From a virus (taxonomy: Duplodnaviria; Caudoviricetes), in IMG/VR virus record IMGVR_UViG_3300037478_000487, positions 1 to 37,746 of that record: DNA of 37,746 nt; one strand, given 5' to 3'. The position numbers and the translations under genes are program-made. The notes beneath the pieces were generated by a model, which was not told where the DNA came from, ran no database searches, and saw nothing but the letters and a program-made list of their open reading frames with translations. Every line of letters starts with the position of its first letter. Position 1 is the stretch's first letter. Below, in pieces: positions 33,942-37,746 of this stretch.

Positions 33942-34175
33942 TCAGCCCGCGGAAGATGCTTTCGTGGGATCTTTGATCCCCTTAGAGATCGTTGCCGATT
34001 CACGAGGCGTGCATTTCAGTCCGGCGAGCTCTTCGAGGAGCAACCGCACGAAGAGCGCGCGAGAGAGCGGCACTCCAGTCGCCCGCTCTCGCTCTCGCTG
34101 CATCTCGTCGAGGCGCTCGGCAAGCGCCGGCCCGCAACGGACCGCGAACGCTGTTGTGAGCTTCTCACCCGTCAC
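33942..34175 (-). CDS. Small ribbon-helix-helix-like DNA-binding protein
   Basis: GTGA overlap with the portal stop; TTAFAVRC (ribbon), PALAERLDEM (helix), LSRALFVRLLLEE (helix). Confidence 0.6.
   Translation of the reverse strand: MTGEKLTTAFAVRCGPALAERLDEMQRERERATGVPLSRALFVRLLLEELAGLKCTPRESATISKGIKDPTKASSAG
33966..33980. promoter_or_regulatory. Inverted repeat GGGATC-TTT-GATCCC in an AT-richer patch upstream of the head genes
   Basis: Perfect 6-3-6 palindrome seen directly; function inferred. Confidence 0.35.
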
Positions 34176-35878
34176 GGAACAGGATCTCTCTTCGTCGGAT
34201 CGCCGCCAGCATTCACGCCCGGGAGTTGCGGCGGAGCGCCCGCGCCGCCCGCGCCGCCGCCAGTCGTGGGCGCAGGGCCGGGCATGTTCTTCGGCGGCGC
34301 CGGCTCGAAGTCGGCGGGCCCGAGCATCGTCTCGGCGACCTGCGGCGTGAACCGGAAGAGCTCGACGAGCAGCGTCGTGCCCGAATCGCGCGGGATAAGC
34401 TTCTGCGCGACCTTCTCGATGATCTCGATTGCCGCGCTCGACCGCGCACCGACGGTGCCGATCTCGGCGTTGTCCTTCGGCGGTTGGTTCGCGAGCTGCT
34501 TGCGCCGGTCGAGGGCCTCGGTGAGCTCCTTCTCGTCCATCACGAGATCGCCGGCCGCCGACGGGGCGAAGCGCTGCAGCGCGATCGCCTCGGGCGTCGC
34601 GAAGCCCTTGTCGACTCGGATCGCGTCGGTCTCGGCTTGCAGCTTGCGCACCTCGGCGGCCTCCTTCGCGCTCGGCACGCGCAGCGGCCGGTAGACGATC
34701 CTCCACCCGGCGGGTTCCTGGCCCGCCGTCGGACCGTCCTGCGCCAGGAGGATGAGCTGCACGATCCGCTCGTGCCGCGGCCGGAGCTCGAGCTGCCGCC
34801 ACGCCTCGACCTGCTGCGACCAGACCTCGAGATCGCCGGCGTTGGTCCCGGCGAGCTGCGAGAGCGGCTGCCCGAGCAGCACCGCCACCGGCATCCCCGC
34901 CGCGGCCGCGAGCCGCAGCAGCGCTCGATCTAGCAACGTGTCGACGCCCGTGAGCGGCTGCGTGACGTTGACGAACTCCTCCTCGGCGTCGAGCACGATC
35001 GCTCGGCCGCGCGAGCGGCTCGCATCGAGCATCCCGATCCGGGCCCGGAGGATCTCCTCGCGCTTGCCGGCGATCATCGCGTAGAGCTCTCGGATCTTGT
35101 AGATCGCCTGCGACACCCGGCCGAGCAGCATGCTCTTGGCGCCGTAGTCCTCTGCGACCTGCCGCAGCGCATCCCAGCAGCGCTCGAGCACCGAGTCGTC
35201 CCAGCCCGAGAGCAGCTGCCGCCGCGTGTCCGTCGTCGACTGCCCGCCCCACACGACGCAGCGCGACTCGTGCACCTTCGCGCCGCCGGCCGCTGCTGCC
35301 CCCGGCCCGGTCTGTCCCGAGAGCGTTCGCGGCCACACCTGGAACACCGACGGCTGTCGGAACTTCGGGTGCTTCGGGTCCTGGTAGTACTCGGCGACCC
35401 GTACGTCGCGCCGGTCGTACGAGTGCAGAAAGCGCACCGACGCGATCGTCTCCTCGTCGAGCGGCGCCTCGGCGTCGCGCCCATCGTCGGCGCCGATCCA
35501 TGTCAGGGCTCCACCGAACACGCGCCCCCAGCTCGCACCCTCCGCCATCTTCGCTAGCACGCCGAGCTCCTCCTCGCGCGTTGCAAACGCGTCCCGCGCG
35601 CGGGCGGCCTCCTGCTGCTCGCCCGCGTGACGCAGATCCCACCCCGGCCGCATCGCGTCGCGCACAACCGCCTCGACAATCCGTGCCGCGAAGTGGTCCT
35701 CGACGTACAGCGCCTCGAGCAGCTCGTCCGGCAGCGGAGGCCGCTGCGAGATCGTCGTGTACGCCGACGGGTCCTTCGTCCCGCCGAGGCCGAGGATCAC
35801 GTTCTCCCATCCGTCGCGCCTAATCACGCCGGCCCACGCCTCGCTTACCGCTATGCCATCCGCTCGATCCGCTTGCAT
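34172..35878 (-). CDS. Portal protein (DUF1073-like)
   Basis: DGWEN...GLG..KD, LY.....AARIVE, VHESR, W.DSVL and AAAAGMPV..LLGQ motifs; follows terL. Confidence 0.9.
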   Translation of the reverse strand: MQADRADGIAVSEAWAGVIRRDGWENVILGLGGTKDPSAYTTISQRPPLPDELLEALYVEDHFAARIVEAVVRDAMRPGWDLRHAGEQQEAARARDAFATREEELGVLAKMAEGASWGRVFGGALTWIGADDGRDAEAPLDEETIASVRFLHSYDRRDVRVAEYYQDPKHPKFRQPSVFQVWPRTLSGQTGPGAAAAGGAKVHESRCVVWGGQSTTDTRRQLLSGWDDSVLERCWDALRQVAEDYGAKSMLLGRVSQAIYKIRELYAMIAGKREEILRARIGMLDASRSRGRAIVLDAEEEFVNVTQPLTGVDTLLDRALLRLAAAAGMPVAVLLGQPLSQLAGTNAGDLEVWSQQVEAWRQLELRPRHERIVQLILLAQDGPTAGQEPAGWRIVYRPLRVPSAKEAAEVRKLQAETDAIRVDKGFATPEAIALQRFAPSAAGDLVMDEKELTEALDRRKQLANQPPKDNAEIGTVGARSSAAIEIIEKVAQKLIPRDSGTTLLVELFRFTPQVAETMLGPADFEPAPPKNMPGPAPTTGGGAGGAGAPPQLPGVNAGGDPTKRDPVP

Positions 35879-37374
35879 CAGACCCTCCCCGCTGCTCGCA
35901 TCGCTTCGTCGAGTGAGGTCTTCGCCTCTCCCGCGAGATGGTCGTGCGCAGCAGCGGCCGCATCGACCTGGTCATCTTCCTGCCCCTTCACGCCCGTGAA
36001 CTCCCCGTGCTCGGTGACGAGCGCGTGCTGCCATCCGCCGACGCGATCCTCTTCGCGCGCGTCCTCCTGCCCGTCCGCAATCGTCTCGCGTCCCGGGATC
36101 CGAACGAGCCCCTTGTTCCAGCTCGCCGCGTACGGCTGCGCCCGGAGGTACTTGTCGCCGCCGATAGCGTACGTGTGCACGCGGATCTCGCGTCGCATCG
36201 CGTCCGAGAGCTCGCGCTCGAGGAGCCGCACGAGCGCAGCCTCGAGCTGGATGGCGTACATGCAGAGCTCGGCGCCCGGGTACGCGTGGAGCAGCCGCGC
36301 GACCTGCCGCACGAAGCCGACGTCGACGAGCTCGGACTGCGCGCCGACGACCAGGTTCCCGCGCTCGCGCACCGCCTCGAGGATGTCGAGGAACCCGTGC
36401 TCGAGATCCCTCCGCATGACGACCGCGGCGTTCCAGTCGGAGCGCGTCGCCGTCGAGCGGCAGAGGTCGATGCCGATCGCGATCCGGTACGAGCGCGGCT
36501 CGCGCAGATCGGCGAGCGTCGGGGATCCGAAGAGCGTCCCGCCGCGCGGCCGCGGCGAGCCCTGCAGGAGCGATGCGAAACCGTATGGGCCGAGCAGCTC
36601 ACGCAGATCCTCGAGCTGCTTCGCGGTCATGAGCCACGACGCCAGCGACCGGCCGCGCTCGTCGAGCGCCGGCGTGTTGTACGCCCTGAAGCCCGAGCTC
36701 GGCGTCCGCTTGAGAACGCCGGTGAGATCGTTGACGTGCCAACGCGCGTGCGAGACCCAGATGTTCGTGCCGCGTGGATCGGTGCGCGTGAAGACGTCCG
36801 AGAACGCCGCCTCGATCACGCCCTCGCGGATGATCCGCGACTCGGCCTCCGCGCGGTTCTTGTGCGGGTCGTCGATGATGATGTCGGTGAATCCCTCGCC
36901 CGTGATCTGGCCACCGATTCCTGTGCCCTTCACGAGCCCGCCGGCGCGCGTCGTCCACTCGTCGCGTCGGCGTGTCCGACCGAGCAGCACGCCCGCGCGG
37001 TCGGCGAGGTCCTTCGCTTTGCCCGTCTGCTTCGCCGCAAACCCGTGCGCGTAGCTCAGATACAGAATCGAGCGCGTCGGATCCTTGCGCAGGAGCCACG
37101 CGATCGCGTGCTGGAAGAGCGTCGTCTTGCCGAACCGGATCGGATACGTGTGCGCCTCGCGCACGCTGCCCGGGTCCGTCGCGCCGCGCTCGAATGACTC
37201 CGCGAGGCGACGGAGATGCGTCGGCTTCCGGAACCGCGGCGTCATCGCCGGGATGAAGTCGAGGAGCGGCCCCGGGTCGCTCTCCGCCGCCGGTGTCCAC
37301 TGCCGCATGTCGCGCAGGCGTTCGATCACCCGGAGCTGCCGAGCGTGCCGCGCGAGTCTCGAGGCGAGCGGCAA
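35878..37374 (-). CDS. terL: Terminase large subunit
   Basis: PIRFGKT (Walker A), GIGGQITGEG..IIIDDPHKN (Walker B), RWHVNDL.G, LLQGSP, GID and DDQVDA motifs. Confidence 0.93.
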   Translation of the reverse strand: MPLASRLARHARQLRVIERLRDMRQWTPAAESDPGPLLDFIPAMTPRFRKPTHLRRLAESFERGATDPGSVREAHTYPIRFGKTTLFQHAIAWLLRKDPTRSILYLSYAHGFAAKQTGKAKDLADRAGVLLGRTRRRDEWTTRAGGLVKGTGIGGQITGEGFTDIIIDDPHKNRAEAESRIIREGVIEAAFSDVFTRTDPRGTNIWVSHARWHVNDLTGVLKRTPSSGFRAYNTPALDERGRSLASWLMTAKQLEDLRELLGPYGFASLLQGSPRPRGGTLFGSPTLADLREPRSYRIAIGIDLCRSTATRSDWNAAVVMRRDLEHGFLDILEAVRERGNLVVGAQSELVDVGFVRQVARLLHAYPGAELCMYAIQLEAALVRLLERELSDAMRREIRVHTYAIGGDKYLRAQPYAASWNKGLVRIPGRETIADGQEDAREEDRVGGWQHALVTEHGEFTGVKGQEDDQVDAAAAAHDHLAGEAKTSLDEAMRAAGRV

Positions 37375-37650
37375 TCACTTCCCCTTCTCCGCCGACGCCG
37401 GCGGAGTGTCCCGCGTCGCGCTCTGCACCGTGAGGTAGTCGGTGTGCCACTCGGCAAGGAGGCGTGCCGCGCCGAGCAGCGAGATCGGAACGTCCTTGCC
37501 CGCGCGCGCGCGCTTCTCGATCTGCTCGAAGACCGCGCGTGCCGTCGCGCGCATCTGCTCGGTGAGTGCGTCGTCGAGGCTCCGCTCGATCGCCGCGGCC
37601 GCGGACTTGCCCCGCTTCGGTCCACGCTTCTTCGGCGGCTTCGGCGTCAC
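37375..37650 (-). CDS. terS: Probable terminase small subunit
   Basis: AAAGGAG RBS; small helical basic protein immediately upstream of terL. The call is positional. Confidence 0.5.
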   Translation of the reverse strand: MTPKPPKKRGPKRGKSAAAAIERSLDDALTEQMRATARAVFEQIEKRARAGKDVPISLLGAARLLAEWHTDYLTVQSATRDTPPASAEKGK

Positions 37651-37746
37651 GCTGACTCCTTTGACGTTGGCACGCGCACCGGCAACACGCGAGAGATTGC
37701 GTCCGCCGCGGCGCGTGAGACGCGGTCGCCACGCGCCGCGCGGAGC

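Larger units (their letters stand above)
1..37746. mobile_element. Temperate myovirus genome segment (unintegrated form; early and late arms converge on attP)
   Basis: Integrase, excisionase and recombination genes lie on +. Terminase, portal, capsid, sheath, tube, tape measure and baseplate genes lie on -. No host genes are recognisable, and ATGA/GTGA stop-start overlaps are pervasive. Confidence 0.95.

Noticed and set aside
34172-35878. Anti-CBASS Acb1 (a label often attached to DUF1073 portals)
   Set aside because: No 2H-phosphoesterase domain with paired HxT/S motifs is visible. Position and motifs indicate a plain portal.

Overview
This window is about 38 kb of a very GC-rich temperate myovirus (contractile-tail phage), apparently in its unintegrated form. 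The left arm (+ strand, 1-10118) is a tightly coupled early operon: small Cys-rich ORFs, a nucleoside 2-deoxyribosyltransferase-like gene, a YqaJ/RecT recombination pair, a PolB-type 3'-5' exonuclease, a sigma70-region-4 protein, a ParB-family protein, an internally deleted HerA-like ATPase/winged-helix gene, an excisionase and a tyrosine integrase. Just after the integrase is an attP carrying the 3' two-thirds of a tRNA-Glu(TTC), followed by a hairpin-rich spacer. The right arm (- strand, 37650 down to 10438) is a near-complete late operon: terminases, portal, protease/scaffold, decoration protein, major capsid, neck, sheath, tube, frameshifted chaperone, tape measure, baseplate, several fibre/adhesin genes, a lysis-like cassette and small accessory genes ending in a caspase-fold (His-Cys) protease. 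The most unusual observations are: (1) the same ~110-aa domain inserted in both the capsid decoration protein and the tail sheath; (2) the caspase-like protease at the end of the late operon; (3) an ATPase gene that lost its core but kept its reading frame through a compensating 1-nt insertion; and (4) a possible sib-like structured element beyond attP. All family assignments come from motif recognition and gene order, not database searches.
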